From an uncultured Candidatus Rokubacteria bacterium (GTDB lineage: Bacteria; Methylomirabilota; Methylomirabilia; Rokubacteriales; CSP1-6): a DNA stretch of 64,000 nucleotides. Positions 20,984-31,197 of this stretch are shown here, piece after piece (the stretch's first letter is position 1; every line of letters starts with the position of its first letter). Location: NCBI GenBank assembly GCA_963754315.1, contig CAVWFS010000019.1:640001-704000 (forward strand), in the 5' to 3' direction. A program made the position numbers and the translations under genes. Under the pieces are notes generated by a model. It worked only from the letters and a program-made list of their open reading frames with translations, searched no databases and had not been told where the DNA came from.

Positions 20984-21780
20984 AGGCCGTCCTCGGCCTG
21001 ACCCTCTCGCTGGTCGTGGTGGGCGCGGCCCTGGGGGCATCGTGGCTGGCCCCGGCCGATCCGCTGAAGACAGACTTCGCCATGAGCCTCCGCCCGCCCG
21101 GGTCACCGGGACATCCGTTCGGGACTGACCAGCTCGGCCGCGATCTTCTTTCCCGCATTCTCTACGGAGCGCGGCTCTCACTCTTCATCGGCACCTGCAC
21201 CGTGCTGGTCACGGCGGTGGTTGGCAGCCTCCTCGGCCTCGCCGCGGGCTTCGTGGAACGCTGGCCGGCCACCGTCCTCATGCGCATCGCCGACGTCCAG
21301 CTGTCCTTTCCATTCATTCTGCTCGCGTTGACCATCAATGCCATCGTGGGGTTAGGGCTGCGCAACATCATCCTGAGCCTGGCCGCGGCGGGCTGGGTCG
21401 TCTATGCCCGCGTGGTCCGTGGCGAAGTGCTCTCGGTGAAGCAGCGCGACTTCGTGCAGGCGGCAGCCGCCCTCGGCGTGGGGCGCCCGCGCCTGCTCTT
21501 TCGCCACGTGCTCCCCAACGTGGCCCCGTCCATTGTCGTGGTGGCCAGCCTGCAGTTCTCGCAGTTCGTGGTGGCCGAGGCCGCCATCAGCTTCCTCGGC
21601 TTCGGGGTGCAACCACCCACGCCGGCCTGGGGCAGCATGCTCTCGGAGAGTCGCGATTTCCTCTACGTGGCCTGGTGGCTGGCGGCCCTCCCAGGAGCCG
21701 CCCTTGCGGTGACCGCGCTCGGAGTGAATCTCCTCGGCGACTGGCTACGGGACACGCTCGATCCGAAGCTCAGGATGTGA
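20980..21780 (+). CDS. Peptide/nickel ABC transporter permease (DppC-like)
   Basis: ATG 20980 (ATGA overlap), HPFGTDQLGRD and EAAISFLGFGVQPPTPAWG. Confidence 0.92.
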   Translation: MKAVLGLTLSLVVVGAALGASWLAPADPLKTDFAMSLRPPGSPGHPFGTDQLGRDLLSRILYGARLSLFIGTCTVLVTAVVGSLLGLAAGFVERWPATVLMRIADVQLSFPFILLALTINAIVGLGLRNIILSLAAAGWVVYARVVRGEVLSVKQRDFVQAAAALGVGRPRLLFRHVLPNVAPSIVVVASLQFSQFVVAEAAISFLGFGVQPPTPAWGSMLSESRDFLYVAWWLAALPGAALAVTALGVNLLGDWLRDTLDPKLRM

Positions 21781-21834
21781 TGTATGCTCCCCCTGTCGCA
21801 AGCGATCCGGCGCAATACGGGAGGAGACCGGCCT

Positions 21835-23370
21835 ATGCGTCGCTCACGCGTGCTCCTGACCATTGTCGTACTCCTCGGCGGGTTGATCGGTGTCCTGACG
21901 AGCGCCGCGGCCCAGGACCGGGTTCGCGCCAAGGAGGTCGTGGTCGGGCTGGGAGCCGAGCCCCGCACCATGCTGGCGGTGACCATCGTGGACTGGACGA
22001 CCAACACCCAGCTCGAGCACATGTATGACCGGCTGCTCGACCGGGACCCCAAGACGCTCCGCCCCAAGCCGATGCTCGCCACGGGGTGGAAGGTCATCAA
22101 TGACACGACCTGGGAATTCACCCTGCGCCAGGGGGTCAAGTTCCACAACGGTGAGCCGTTCGACGCCCAGTCCGTCAAGGCGACGATGGACTATCTGAAG
22201 GATCCGAACAGCAAGTCCCACTACGCCGCCTATTGGAAGCTGGTCAAGGACGTGCAGATCGTCAACGACTTCACCGTACGATTCATCACGGAGAAGCCGT
22301 GGCCGAGCCTCATCGATCGGGCATCCCTCACGGACTTCTTGATCATGCCCGCCAAGGCCCTCAAGGAGCTTGGACCGGACAAGCTCGCCCAGAAGCCCAT
22401 CGGCACCGGACCGTTCCGCTTCGTAGAGTGGCGGCGCGATGACCGGCTGGTGCTGGAGCGCAACCCCGATTACTGGGCTGGCCCCGCAGACGTGAGCCGA
22501 GTGACATTCCGCTTCATCCCCGAGTTCAGCACGCGGCTGGCCGCGCTGCTCTCGGGAGAGATCGACATCATGAAGGACGTGCCGCCCCATGCCGTCGAGC
22601 CGGTGGACAAGAGTGGACGCGCCAAGATCCGCTCGGCGGTATCCTCGCGCATCAACTACCTCGCCCTGGTGAATCTGAAGCCGGGCCCGATGCAGGATCT
22701 GCGCGTGCGACGAGCCATGAATCATGCCGTCAACGTGGACGAGCTGATCACTCAGGTGCTCAAGGGCCGGGCCACCAAGATCTGCGGCCCCCTGTCGCCG
22801 GCCAACGTCGACTACGCGCCGGGCGAGTGCTACCAGTATGACCCCACCCGCGCCCAGGCCCTCTTCAAAGAAGCCGGACTCGATCCCGGCAAGCTCCAGC
22901 TGACCCTCGACACACCGTCAGGGCGCTATCCTCTCGACAAGGACGTGTCCCTGGCCATCGCCGCCCAGCTCCAGCGCCTCGGCATCAAGACTAACGTGGT
23001 AGTGAATGAGTGGGGCACGCACCTCGACAAGATCAAGAACCGCAATACCGGTGACATGTTCTTCCTGGGCTGGGGACCGTCCGTCTTCGGGCAAACGGTG
23101 ATGGAACCCCTCTTCCAGGCCAACCAGACGTACGCGTCCTACGGCAACAACAAGGTCATCGACGAGAAGATCGCCCGCGCCATCACCATCGTGGACGCCA
23201 AGGGCCGGGCGGCGGCCTACGCCGAGCTGCAACGGCTCGTCCACGACGAGGCCGCCTGGGTTCCGCTCTGGCAGCAGCACGACCTGTACGGAGTGGCCAA
23301 CACCGTCGAGTGGACGCCACGCGCTGACGAGAAGGTGTGGATGTACGAGGCAAAAGTCGTCGCGCGTTAG
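21835..23370 (+). CDS. Family 5 ABC substrate-binding protein (DppA/OppA-like)
   Basis: Signal peptide, WEFTLRQGVKFHNGEPF and PIGTGPF motifs, GAGGAG SD. Confidence 0.93.
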   Translation: MRRSRVLLTIVVLLGGLIGVLTSAAAQDRVRAKEVVVGLGAEPRTMLAVTIVDWTTNTQLEHMYDRLLDRDPKTLRPKPMLATGWKVINDTTWEFTLRQGVKFHNGEPFDAQSVKATMDYLKDPNSKSHYAAYWKLVKDVQIVNDFTVRFITEKPWPSLIDRASLTDFLIMPAKALKELGPDKLAQKPIGTGPFRFVEWRRDDRLVLERNPDYWAGPADVSRVTFRFIPEFSTRLAALLSGEIDIMKDVPPHAVEPVDKSGRAKIRSAVSSRINYLALVNLKPGPMQDLRVRRAMNHAVNVDELITQVLKGRATKICGPLSPANVDYAPGECYQYDPTRAQALFKEAGLDPGKLQLTLDTPSGRYPLDKDVSLAIAAQLQRLGIKTNVVVNEWGTHLDKIKNRNTGDMFFLGWGPSVFGQTVMEPLFQANQTYASYGNNKVIDEKIARAITIVDAKGRAAAYAELQRLVHDEAAWVPLWQQHDLYGVANTVEWTPRADEKVWMYEAKVVAR

Positions 23371-23391
23371 CGCGACGGGGGAGACCGCCCG

Positions 23392-24627
23392 ATGAGCCTG
23401 ACCGTCTTCACGAACGCGTTCCTGATCGACTGCACGGGTGCCGAGCCGCGAGAGGGCGCGGCGGTCGTGGTGGAGGACGAGCGCATCGTCGACGTCATTG
23501 CCGGCGGCCGCGTGGGACCCTTGACCGGTGAGGTGACGACGCACGACCTGAAGGGCGCGACCCTCATGCCCGGCCTCACCGATGCCCACGTCCACATCTG
23601 CGCGGTGGAGGGCAACATCACCGATCAGCATCGCTACCTGCCGCCGAGCCTCCTGGCGGCCAAGGCTCTGCGGCGCGCTGAGGAGTGCCTCCTGCAGGGC
23701 TTCACGACCGTGCGCGACGCCGGCGGCGCCGACTACGGCTTCCGGGAAGCCATCCACGAGGGGATCTATCCAGGTCCACGCCTGCTCGTGTCAGGCAACT
23801 ACATCTCCCAGACGGGCGGCCACGGCGATAAGCGGCGCCGGGCGGAGTGGATCGAGCCCATCGGCTGCTGCCTCGGCATGGTCGGGTCCATCGCCGACGG
23901 CGAGGCCGAAGTGCGCAAGGCCGTGCGAGAGCAACTCAGGCGGGACGTGGACCAGATCAAGATCATGGCGTCGGGAGGAGCCATGTCGCCCGCCGACGAG
24001 CTGGACACCACCCAGTACACGGTGGGCGAGATGCGGGCGGCGGTGGAGGAGGCGCAGGCGGTGGGCAAGTACGTGCTGGCCCATGCCTACTCCGACCTGG
24101 CCGTGCGCAACGCCATCGAGGCCGGCGTGCGCTCCATCGAGCACGGCAACCTCATCCGAGAGGCGGCCGCCCAGGCCATCAAGCGGGCGGAGGCGTTCAT
24201 CGTGCCGACCATGGTCACGTACGAGACGATCTATCGGGAGGGGAAGCGCTACGGCATCGGCGATCACCAGATCCAGAAGATCAACCAGGCCCGCGAGCAG
24301 AGCGTGCAAGGCCTGGAATATGCCTACCGGGCCGGCTGCCGGATCGGCTCCGGCTCGGATCTTCTCGGCGACATGATGGTCCAGCGGGCGGTTGAGTTCG
24401 AGCTGAAAGCGCAGGTCATGAAGCCGATGGAGGTGCTCCTGTCGGCCACCAAGGTCAACGCCGAGCTATTCCGAATGAGCGAGCGCATCGGCACCGTGGA
24501 GGCGAAGAAGTATGCCGATCTCATCGTGGTCAGTGGCAATCCGCTCAAGAACCTGCGCGTCTTCCAGAACCAGGACAATCTGAAGCTCATCATGAAGGGC
24601 GGCCGCCTCTACAAGCGAGCCCTGTGA
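23392..24627 (+). CDS. Amidohydrolase (Xaa-Pro dipeptidase/prolidase-like subgroup)
   Basis: MPGLTDAHVH, GFTTVRDAGG, SQTGGHGD, IKIMASGG, AHAY, SIEHG and GSD motifs. Confidence 0.9.
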   Translation: MSLTVFTNAFLIDCTGAEPREGAAVVVEDERIVDVIAGGRVGPLTGEVTTHDLKGATLMPGLTDAHVHICAVEGNITDQHRYLPPSLLAAKALRRAEECLLQGFTTVRDAGGADYGFREAIHEGIYPGPRLLVSGNYISQTGGHGDKRRRAEWIEPIGCCLGMVGSIADGEAEVRKAVREQLRRDVDQIKIMASGGAMSPADELDTTQYTVGEMRAAVEEAQAVGKYVLAHAYSDLAVRNAIEAGVRSIEHGNLIREAAAQAIKRAEAFIVPTMVTYETIYREGKRYGIGDHQIQKINQAREQSVQGLEYAYRAGCRIGSGSDLLGDMMVQRAVEFELKAQVMKPMEVLLSATKVNAELFRMSERIGTVEAKKYADLIVVSGNPLKNLRVFQNQDNLKLIMKGGRLYKRAL

Positions 24628-24649
24628 TGGCCAGGGCAACGAGGACGAC

Positions 24650-25969
24650 GTGGTGAGACCGGCGCGCGCGCGAGGGAGCGCCGATTCCCGCTTCGATTTG
24701 CTGCTGCGCGGCGGCCGGGTTGTCGATCCTGCTCGCAACCTCGACGCGGTGATGGACGTCGCCCTGGCCGGAGGCCGGGTGGCAGCGGTGGCTCCGTCCA
24801 TCCCGGCCAAGGCTGCGCGCCGCACCGTGAACGTCCGCGACCGGCTCGTCATCCCCGGCATGATCGACACCCACGCCCATGTCTACGAGCACGTGACCGG
24901 AAGCTTCGGCCTCAACCCGGATCTCGTCGGCGTGCGGGCGGGTGTGACGACCCTGGTCGATCAGGGGGGCGCCGGACCCCTCACCCTGATGGGCTTTCGC
25001 AAATTCATTGCCGAGCCGGCCAGCACGCGCGTCCTCGCCTTCGTCTCCAATTACCTCGTGGGCGGCCTGGTCGGCCATCGCTACACGGCTCTGTACGGCC
25101 CCCATGGCATCGACGTGCGCGAGACGGTCAAGGCCATCGAGGGCAACCGCGATCTGGTCAAGGGCATCAAGGCCCACGGGGAGGTCGGTGGCTATTCGCG
25201 CTGGGGCGTGGAAACTCTACGCCTGGCCAAGGCAGCCTCTCGCCAGGCAAGAGTGCCCGTGTACGTGCACCTCGGACGGCTCTGGGCCGAGGCCGACGGC
25301 ACACGTATCGACCCCGACACGGTCGTTCCCGAGGTGGTGCCCTTGCTCGATCCCGGAGACATCCTCGCCCATCCGTTCACCAAGAACGCAGGAGCCTTCG
25401 TCTCCCGCGAAGGAAAGGTCCACCCGCTCATCTTCGAGGCCGTGCAGCGCGGCGTCCACATCGACGTCGGCCGGGGCGGTCATATGAGCTTCGCCGCCGC
25501 GCGCGCCGTGCTCGATGCCGGCCTCCACCCCTTCACGGTGGGCGGCGACGTGCACGGCTACACGATCGCGAGGCTGGAGGACGGAAGCTGGGACAAGGGC
25601 TACTTCGACGAGCAGGAGCGACCAGGAGAAGCCGCTCACCCGATCGGCGGTGCGCGCGTGCACAGCCTCGTGCAGGTGCTCGATGAACTGCTCGCCCTCG
25701 GCCTGCCTCTGACCGACGTCGTCCGCATGGTGACGGCCAACGCTGCGGTCCTCCTGGGCCTCGAGGGCGAGATCGGCACTCTGGCTCCCGGGGCGGTCGG
25801 CGACGTCAGCGTGCTGGCCGTGGTCGAGGGCGAGTGGATCCTGTCTGACAGCCTCGGGGTCGAGTTGCGCGCGACCATGCGGCTGCGGCCGGAGATGGCC
25901 GTGCGCGGCGGCGTCATGTACCAGGCCGACTCACCGCTGCTCCGCGCCGGCGCCCTTCAGGTGGCCTGA
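24650..25969 (+). CDS. Amidohydrolase/deacetylase family metallohydrolase (dihydroorotase-like)
   Basis: PGMIDTHAHV, GVTTLVDQGGAG, GIKAH, VYVH, LAHP and GGDVHG motifs. Confidence 0.85.
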   Translation: MVRPARARGSADSRFDLLLRGGRVVDPARNLDAVMDVALAGGRVAAVAPSIPAKAARRTVNVRDRLVIPGMIDTHAHVYEHVTGSFGLNPDLVGVRAGVTTLVDQGGAGPLTLMGFRKFIAEPASTRVLAFVSNYLVGGLVGHRYTALYGPHGIDVRETVKAIEGNRDLVKGIKAHGEVGGYSRWGVETLRLAKAASRQARVPVYVHLGRLWAEADGTRIDPDTVVPEVVPLLDPGDILAHPFTKNAGAFVSREGKVHPLIFEAVQRGVHIDVGRGGHMSFAAARAVLDAGLHPFTVGGDVHGYTIARLEDGSWDKGYFDEQERPGEAAHPIGGARVHSLVQVLDELLALGLPLTDVVRMVTANAAVLLGLEGEIGTLAPGAVGDVSVLAVVEGEWILSDSLGVELRATMRLRPEMAVRGGVMYQADSPLLRAGALQVA

Positions 25970-26009
25970 TCGCTTCGTAGAGGGCCCGGCCGATGGGCAA
26001 GACGCCGCG

Positions 26010-26798
26010 GTGAGGTGGACCTACCTGATCAACGGGTTGGCTGGCTTCTGGTTGGCAGGCTGCTCCGGGCTGATCGACCACTTCACGTTCCTGCCCGATC
26101 GGACGGTCGGTCCGGCGCCGGCGGGGGTCGAAGAGCGCTGGATCACGACCGAGGACGGCCAACGTCTGCATGCCTGGTACGCGGCCGGACGGGAGTCCGC
26201 GCCGACCCTGCTCTGGTCACATGGCAACGCCGGCAACATCGACTCACGTCGGGAGGTGTTCCTCGCTCTCGCTCAACGGGGTCTGGGGGTGCTCGCCTAC
26301 GACTATCGTGGGTATGGGAAGAGCGCGGGCTCGCCGCACGAGGCGGGGGTCTATCTCGACGCGGTGGCCGTGTTCGACAGCGAGGTGGCTCGCGGCCGGG
26401 ACCCCCGCACGATCGTGTGCTTCGGGGAATCGCTGGGCGGAGCCGTGTCGATCGAGCTGGCCGTCCGGAGACCGTGTGGAGCGGTGGTCGTGGTGTCGAC
26501 GTTCACGCGTCTCGCCGACGTGGCCCGCTGGCACTACGGGCCACTGGGAGCACTGGCGGGCGACAGGTTCGACTCGCTCGCGCGCGTGTCAAGCGTGTCG
26601 GCACCCATTCTCGTCGCGCACGGCGACCAGGACGAGATCGTCCCCTTCCAGCAAGGGCAGCAGCTGTTCGCGGCGGCACCCGATCCGAAACGCTTCTACC
26701 GGATCGCGGGGGCGCGCCACAACGGTACGATGGGTGCCGACAGAGTCCTCGATGTCATCGCCAGCTTCGCCCGCGCCGAAGTGGCCCGTGTCCGTTGA
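26010..26798 (+). CDS. Alpha/beta hydrolase (ABHD13/Bem46-like), probable lipoprotein
   Basis: LAG-C lipobox, HGNAGN, DYRGYG, GESLGG nucleophile, HGDQDEIVP and ARHN. Confidence 0.88.
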   Translation: MRWTYLINGLAGFWLAGCSGLIDHFTFLPDRTVGPAPAGVEERWITTEDGQRLHAWYAAGRESAPTLLWSHGNAGNIDSRREVFLALAQRGLGVLAYDYRGYGKSAGSPHEAGVYLDAVAVFDSEVARGRDPRTIVCFGESLGGAVSIELAVRRPCGAVVVVSTFTRLADVARWHYGPLGALAGDRFDSLARVSSVSAPILVAHGDQDEIVPFQQGQQLFAAAPDPKRFYRIAGARHNGTMGADRVLDVIASFARAEVARVR

Positions 26799-26832
26799 GA
26801 GGACCACGGGGCGTCGGGAACCCTCACGCGCC

Positions 26833-28248
26833 TCAGAGAGCGACCGGAGGCCGCCGCCGTCCGACGCCCGTGGCCTGCTCGAAGGCATACGCGAGCTGGA
26901 GCACCGGCAGCTCACTCTGGTGGCGGCCCACGATCTGAATCCCCACCGGTAGCCCCTCGGGTGTGAAGCCGGCGGGGACGGAGATAGCCGGGAGGCCGGT
27001 CACCGTGATGTCGGAACACGAGCGCATCCAGTCGATGTAGGTCGGCAAGGGCTGGCCGTTGATCTCCGTCACGTAGGGGCGCCCGACGTCGAAGGGCGGC
27101 ACCTGCACGGTGGGTAAGATCAGGAACTCGTGGGTTTCCATGAACCGGCGCACCCGGTCATAGAGTTGGGTGCGCTTGAGCTCGGCATCGGCGACCTGCG
27201 GACCCGTCAGCTTCAGCCCTTCCTCGATGTTCCAGATCACCGTGTCCTTCATCTGGTGGCGATGCTCGGCCAGCAAGGGGGCGAGGCGGGCGGCGAAGGT
27301 CCACGCGCGCCACACCTGGAAGATCTCGCGGGCATTCGTGAAATCAGGCTGGCCCTCCTCCACGACGCAGCCGAGAGAAGTGAACGTGGTGCGGTGGCCG
27401 TCGAAGATCGCGCGGACGCGGCGGTCGACGGGAAGTCCTCCCAGATCGGGACTCCAGGCGATTCGTACACCGCGGAAGTCGCGGTGTAGTGGCGTGCGGA
27501 ATCGGTCGCCCGGCTCGGCGATGGCAAGGGGCGCCCGTGGGTCCGGCCCCGCCATCACGGAGAGCAGCAGGGCAACGTCCTGCACCGTGCGCGCCATCGG
27601 GCCCTGGACCGAGAAGGGCGACCACGCCAGGAGGGCGGGCCACACCGGTACCCGGCCCGGCGCGGAGCGGAGCCCCACGACGTTGCAGAAGCTCGCGGGA
27701 TTTCGGAGCGAGCCGCCCATGTCACTACCGTCGGCGATCGGCATCATGCCGCAGGCCAACGCCACCGCGGCGCCCCCACTGGAGCCGCCACACGTCTTCG
27801 AGGCGTCGTATGGATTGAGGGTGGCGCCGAAGACGGGGTTGAAGGTTTGCGAACCCGCCCCAAACTCGGGCGTGTTGGTCTTGCCAATGGTGATGGCGCC
27901 CGCGCCGCGCAGCCGTTCGATGATGAGCCCGTCGACGTCAGGGACGTGATCCCGATAGATCGGCGAACCTGACGTGGTGCGAATGCCCTTCGTGGGCACC
28001 AGATCCTTGTGCGCGATGGGTAGCCCGAAGAGCGAACCGACGGGGTCGCCCCGGCCGAGGGTTGCGTCCGCCGCCCGCGCTTCGGCGAGCGCGCGCTCGG
28101 CGGTGAGGGTAACGATCGCGTTCACCTTGCCGTTGACACGCTCGATCTGGGCCAGGTGCGCTCGCACCACTTCAGTCACCGAGACCTCACGGGTCCGGAT
28201 ACGCTCAGCCAGCTCGGTGGCCGTCATGAAGCAGAGGTCAGTCGTCAT
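26833..28248 (-). CDS. Amidase-signature family amidase
   Basis: AHKD, GKTNTPEF, GGSSGG and GSDMGGSLRNPA (Ser-cisSer-Lys triad). Confidence 0.93.
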   Translation of the reverse strand: MTTDLCFMTATELAERIRTREVSVTEVVRAHLAQIERVNGKVNAIVTLTAERALAEARAADATLGRGDPVGSLFGLPIAHKDLVPTKGIRTTSGSPIYRDHVPDVDGLIIERLRGAGAITIGKTNTPEFGAGSQTFNPVFGATLNPYDASKTCGGSSGGAAVALACGMMPIADGSDMGGSLRNPASFCNVVGLRSAPGRVPVWPALLAWSPFSVQGPMARTVQDVALLLSVMAGPDPRAPLAIAEPGDRFRTPLHRDFRGVRIAWSPDLGGLPVDRRVRAIFDGHRTTFTSLGCVVEEGQPDFTNAREIFQVWRAWTFAARLAPLLAEHRHQMKDTVIWNIEEGLKLTGPQVADAELKRTQLYDRVRRFMETHEFLILPTVQVPPFDVGRPYVTEINGQPLPTYIDWMRSCSDITVTGLPAISVPAGFTPEGLPVGIQIVGRHQSELPVLQLAYAFEQATGVGRRRPPVAL

Positions 28249-28269
28249 CGTTCGAGGCCTCCGAAGTGA

Positions 28270-29685
28270 TCAGCCGACAGCAGGACGGTGCTGGGCCCAG
28301 GGGCGGGCCGCCTCGAAGGCGGCCGATGCCTGGAGCACGGTGAGGTCGGCGAACCGACGGCCGACGATCTGCAGGCCAACCGGCAGACCGGCCGGCGTGA
28401 AGCCCGCGGGCACCGACGCGGCCGGCTGACCCGTGAAGTTGAACGGATAGCTGAATGAGGCCCAGGCGATCCAGTCCCAGACGCGCTCAGGAGCCGACCA
28501 ATGCTCCGGATTGAGACGCCCCACGGGAAAGGCCGCCACCGAGAGGGACGGAGTGAGGAGCAGGTCATAGCGCTCGAAGAACGGCCGGATGGAGTCCCAG
28601 TGCTCCATCTTGCGACCGCGCAGTCGGATGTAGTCCGCGGCGTCCATCTTGAGCCCTTCCTCGATGCAGGCCACCAGCCCGGGATCCATGCGGGCTCGCC
28701 ATTGCGGCAGGAAATGGCCATACGTACCCGCGTAGTGTGCGGCCCACATGCCGCGGATCAGCTCGTAGGTCGGCGGCCAGTTCGGTTCGGTCTCGTCTAC
28801 CACGCACCCGAGGCCCTCGAAGACACGCGCCGCCTCGCGTACCACGGCAGCAACCTCCGGATCGACGCGCAGGCCATCGAGGGTCGGACTGAAGGCCACG
28901 CGCAAACCCTTGACGCCCACGCCGAGCTTGCCGACGTAGTCATCTGGTGGGGCATCGAGGCACGTCCGGTCCCGATCGTCCGGGCCCGCCATCACCATCA
29001 GCATCAGCGCTCCGTCGATAACGGACCGTGTCATGGGGCCATTGTGGGTCGTGTAGTCGTTATTGGACACCGGCCACATGGGGACGCGGCCAAATGACGG
29101 CTTGAGACCGAAGACGCCGCAGAAGGCCGACGGAATGCGGATCGATCCTGCTCCGTCGGAGCCGTGATGCAGCGGCCCGATTCCCGCAGCGGCCGCCGCG
29201 CCGGCTCCCGCGCTCGAGCCGCCGGTGTTCATGGCAGTATTCCATGGGTTGCGGGTGCTCCCGGTGAGGGGACTATCGCCGAGCCCGACCCAGCCGAACT
29301 CCGGCGTGGTCGTTTTGCCGATCAGGACGGCGCCGGCCGCCTTGAGACGGGCGACGTAGGGGGCGTCGACCTCGGGGACGCGGTGCTCGAAGATGAAGGA
29401 ACCTCCCATCGTGCGCACGCCCTTGGTGAAGGCCAGGTCCTTGACCGAGACGGGAATGCCGTGCAGAGGCCCCAACTGGTCGCCTCGCATCACGGCTTGC
29501 TCGGCCGCCCGCGCCGCGGCCTGGGCTTCATCGACGGTGACTGTGCAGAAGCAGTTGAGCCGGGGATTGAGCTGCTCCAGGCGGTTGAGCACGGCGCGCG
29601 TGAGCTCGACGGGCGAGAGGGCCTTGGTGCGGATCATCCTCACCAGATCAACGGCTGGCGTGTAGCAGAGATCGGTGTTTGTCAT
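28270..29685 (-). CDS. Amidase-signature family amidase
   Basis: SVKD, GKTTTPEF, GGSSAG and GSDGAGSIRIP motifs. Start at ATG 29685. Confidence 0.93.
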   Translation of the reverse strand: MTNTDLCYTPAVDLVRMIRTKALSPVELTRAVLNRLEQLNPRLNCFCTVTVDEAQAAARAAEQAVMRGDQLGPLHGIPVSVKDLAFTKGVRTMGGSFIFEHRVPEVDAPYVARLKAAGAVLIGKTTTPEFGWVGLGDSPLTGSTRNPWNTAMNTGGSSAGAGAAAAAGIGPLHHGSDGAGSIRIPSAFCGVFGLKPSFGRVPMWPVSNNDYTTHNGPMTRSVIDGALMLMVMAGPDDRDRTCLDAPPDDYVGKLGVGVKGLRVAFSPTLDGLRVDPEVAAVVREAARVFEGLGCVVDETEPNWPPTYELIRGMWAAHYAGTYGHFLPQWRARMDPGLVACIEEGLKMDAADYIRLRGRKMEHWDSIRPFFERYDLLLTPSLSVAAFPVGRLNPEHWSAPERVWDWIAWASFSYPFNFTGQPAASVPAGFTPAGLPVGLQIVGRRFADLTVLQASAAFEAARPWAQHRPAVG

Positions 29686-29707
29686 GAGTTTCTCATCCTC
29701 GGACTCG

Positions 29708-30547
29708 TTAGAGCATCGGCAGTGACCGCCCGCGCGGTCCACGCGGGAACGCCGCTTCGATCCGCCCGAGCTCGGCTTCGCTCAGCGACAGACTCCCCGC
29801 TCCCGCATTCTCCGTGGCGTGGTCGATGTTGGCGGCCTTGGGAATGGTAAACCACGATTCATGCCGGGTCAGGAAGCGAAGCGCCACCTGGCGAGGAGTG
29901 GCGCCGTGGGCGACGGCGATCTCTTGCAGGACGCGGCCTCCCCTCGTGCGCGGGCCCGGGAAGCGGTCATGACCAAACGGGCTGTAAGCAACCACGGCCA
30001 CCCCATGCGCCTCACACCAAGGGGCGACCGCATGCTCGATCGCGCGTTCCTCGAGATGGTACAGGACCTGATTGCAGGCGAGGCGGCCTTCGCCGGCAAT
30101 CTTCTCGACCGCGTTCAGATCGGGTACATCGAAGTTGCTCACGCCCCACGAGACGATCTTTCCCTCGCGCCGCAGCTGCTCGAAGGCCGCGATCGTCTCC
30201 TCCAGAGGGTGGGGGCCAGGCCAATGCAAGAGGTAGCAATCGAGCCGGTCGGTCTTGAGACGAGTGAGCGATCGTTCGCAGGCGACCAGGGCTCCCTGTC
30301 TGGACGCATTTTGGGGAACGACCTTCGATACGAGAAAGACTTCCTCCCGACACCCGGCGATGGCTTCGGCTACCACGTGCTCGGCCTCTCCGTACATCTC
30401 GGCCGTGTCGAGATGGGTCATGCCGAGTTCGAACCCTCGACGGAGGGCAGCGATCGCGGAACCACGGTCGGCCCGATCGATATACCAGGTTCCTTGCCCG
30501 ATCACCGAGACCTGATGGGGCGTGGAGCCCCACCGACGATGTTCCAT
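29708..30547 (-). CDS. Aldo/keto reductase
   Basis: IGQGTW, DTAEMYG, LVSKV, YLLHW, GVSNF and AYSPF motifs. GGAGG SD before ATG 30547. Confidence 0.93.
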   Translation of the reverse strand: MEHRRWGSTPHQVSVIGQGTWYIDRADRGSAIAALRRGFELGMTHLDTAEMYGEAEHVVAEAIAGCREEVFLVSKVVPQNASRQGALVACERSLTRLKTDRLDCYLLHWPGPHPLEETIAAFEQLRREGKIVSWGVSNFDVPDLNAVEKIAGEGRLACNQVLYHLEERAIEHAVAPWCEAHGVAVVAYSPFGHDRFPGPRTRGGRVLQEIAVAHGATPRQVALRFLTRHESWFTIPKAANIDHATENAGAGSLSLSEAELGRIEAAFPRGPRGRSLPML

Positions 30548-30718
30548 GCCCGGTCCTCCTTCAGCCGCGTCCCCGTCGCATGGTGATCGGGGGGATGGGA
30601 GGGAGATCGCACGCTTGGCGATCTGCCGCAACGCCTCCAAGATGTCTCACGTTCTCCCGGACCAGTCAATTCAGTGCGGTCCCCGGCACGGGTCACGGCC
30701 GCCGCGCTCGCTCGCACA

Positions 30719-30746
30719 TTGACTGCGGCGAGCCTCGTGACACAAT
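30719..30746 (+). promoter_or_regulatory. Candidate sigma70-type promoter of hsp20-lon
   Basis: TTGACT-N16-CACAAT with extended TG. Confidence 0.4.
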
Positions 30747-30786
30747 CAGGAGGAGACACGATCAGGACGCGGAAGGGACACCAACG

Positions 30787-31197
30787 ATGCGCTACCGACG
30801 GCTGAGTTACCGTTACGCGATGGTGGTGCGCAGCGACCACCCGTGGCCGTTCGGCGACATGTGGCAGAGCGATCGTCTGCGTCTGGTCGTTCATGCTCGC
30901 TGGCGACCCGATGCCGACACCTACGAGACGGCGGGCACGGTCGAGATCGCGGTCGATCTGGCCGGAGTCGACGAAGACGACATCGAGATGCAGCTGTTCG
31001 AGGACGCCCTGATCATCGAGGGCCGCCGTCAGCTCCCCTCCGGTGAGGAGGGCGCCGTGTATCACGAGGCCGGCATCCGTCAAGGTCCGTTCCGGGTGGA
31101 GCTATCGTTGCCGGCCGCCGTCGATCCTGAGCGCGTCTCGACGCGTTACGAGCGCGGCCTTCTCCGCATCTCGTTGCAGAAACAGGTGACCCGCTGA
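30787..31197 (+). CDS. Hsp20/alpha-crystallin small heat-shock protein
   Basis: WRPDADTYET, VDLAGV, GPFRVELSLP and YERGLLRISL. TGATG overlap with lon. Confidence 0.88.
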   Translation: MRYRRLSYRYAMVVRSDHPWPFGDMWQSDRLRLVVHARWRPDADTYETAGTVEIAVDLAGVDEDDIEMQLFEDALIIEGRRQLPSGEEGAVYHEAGIRQGPFRVELSLPAAVDPERVSTRYERGLLRISLQKQVTR

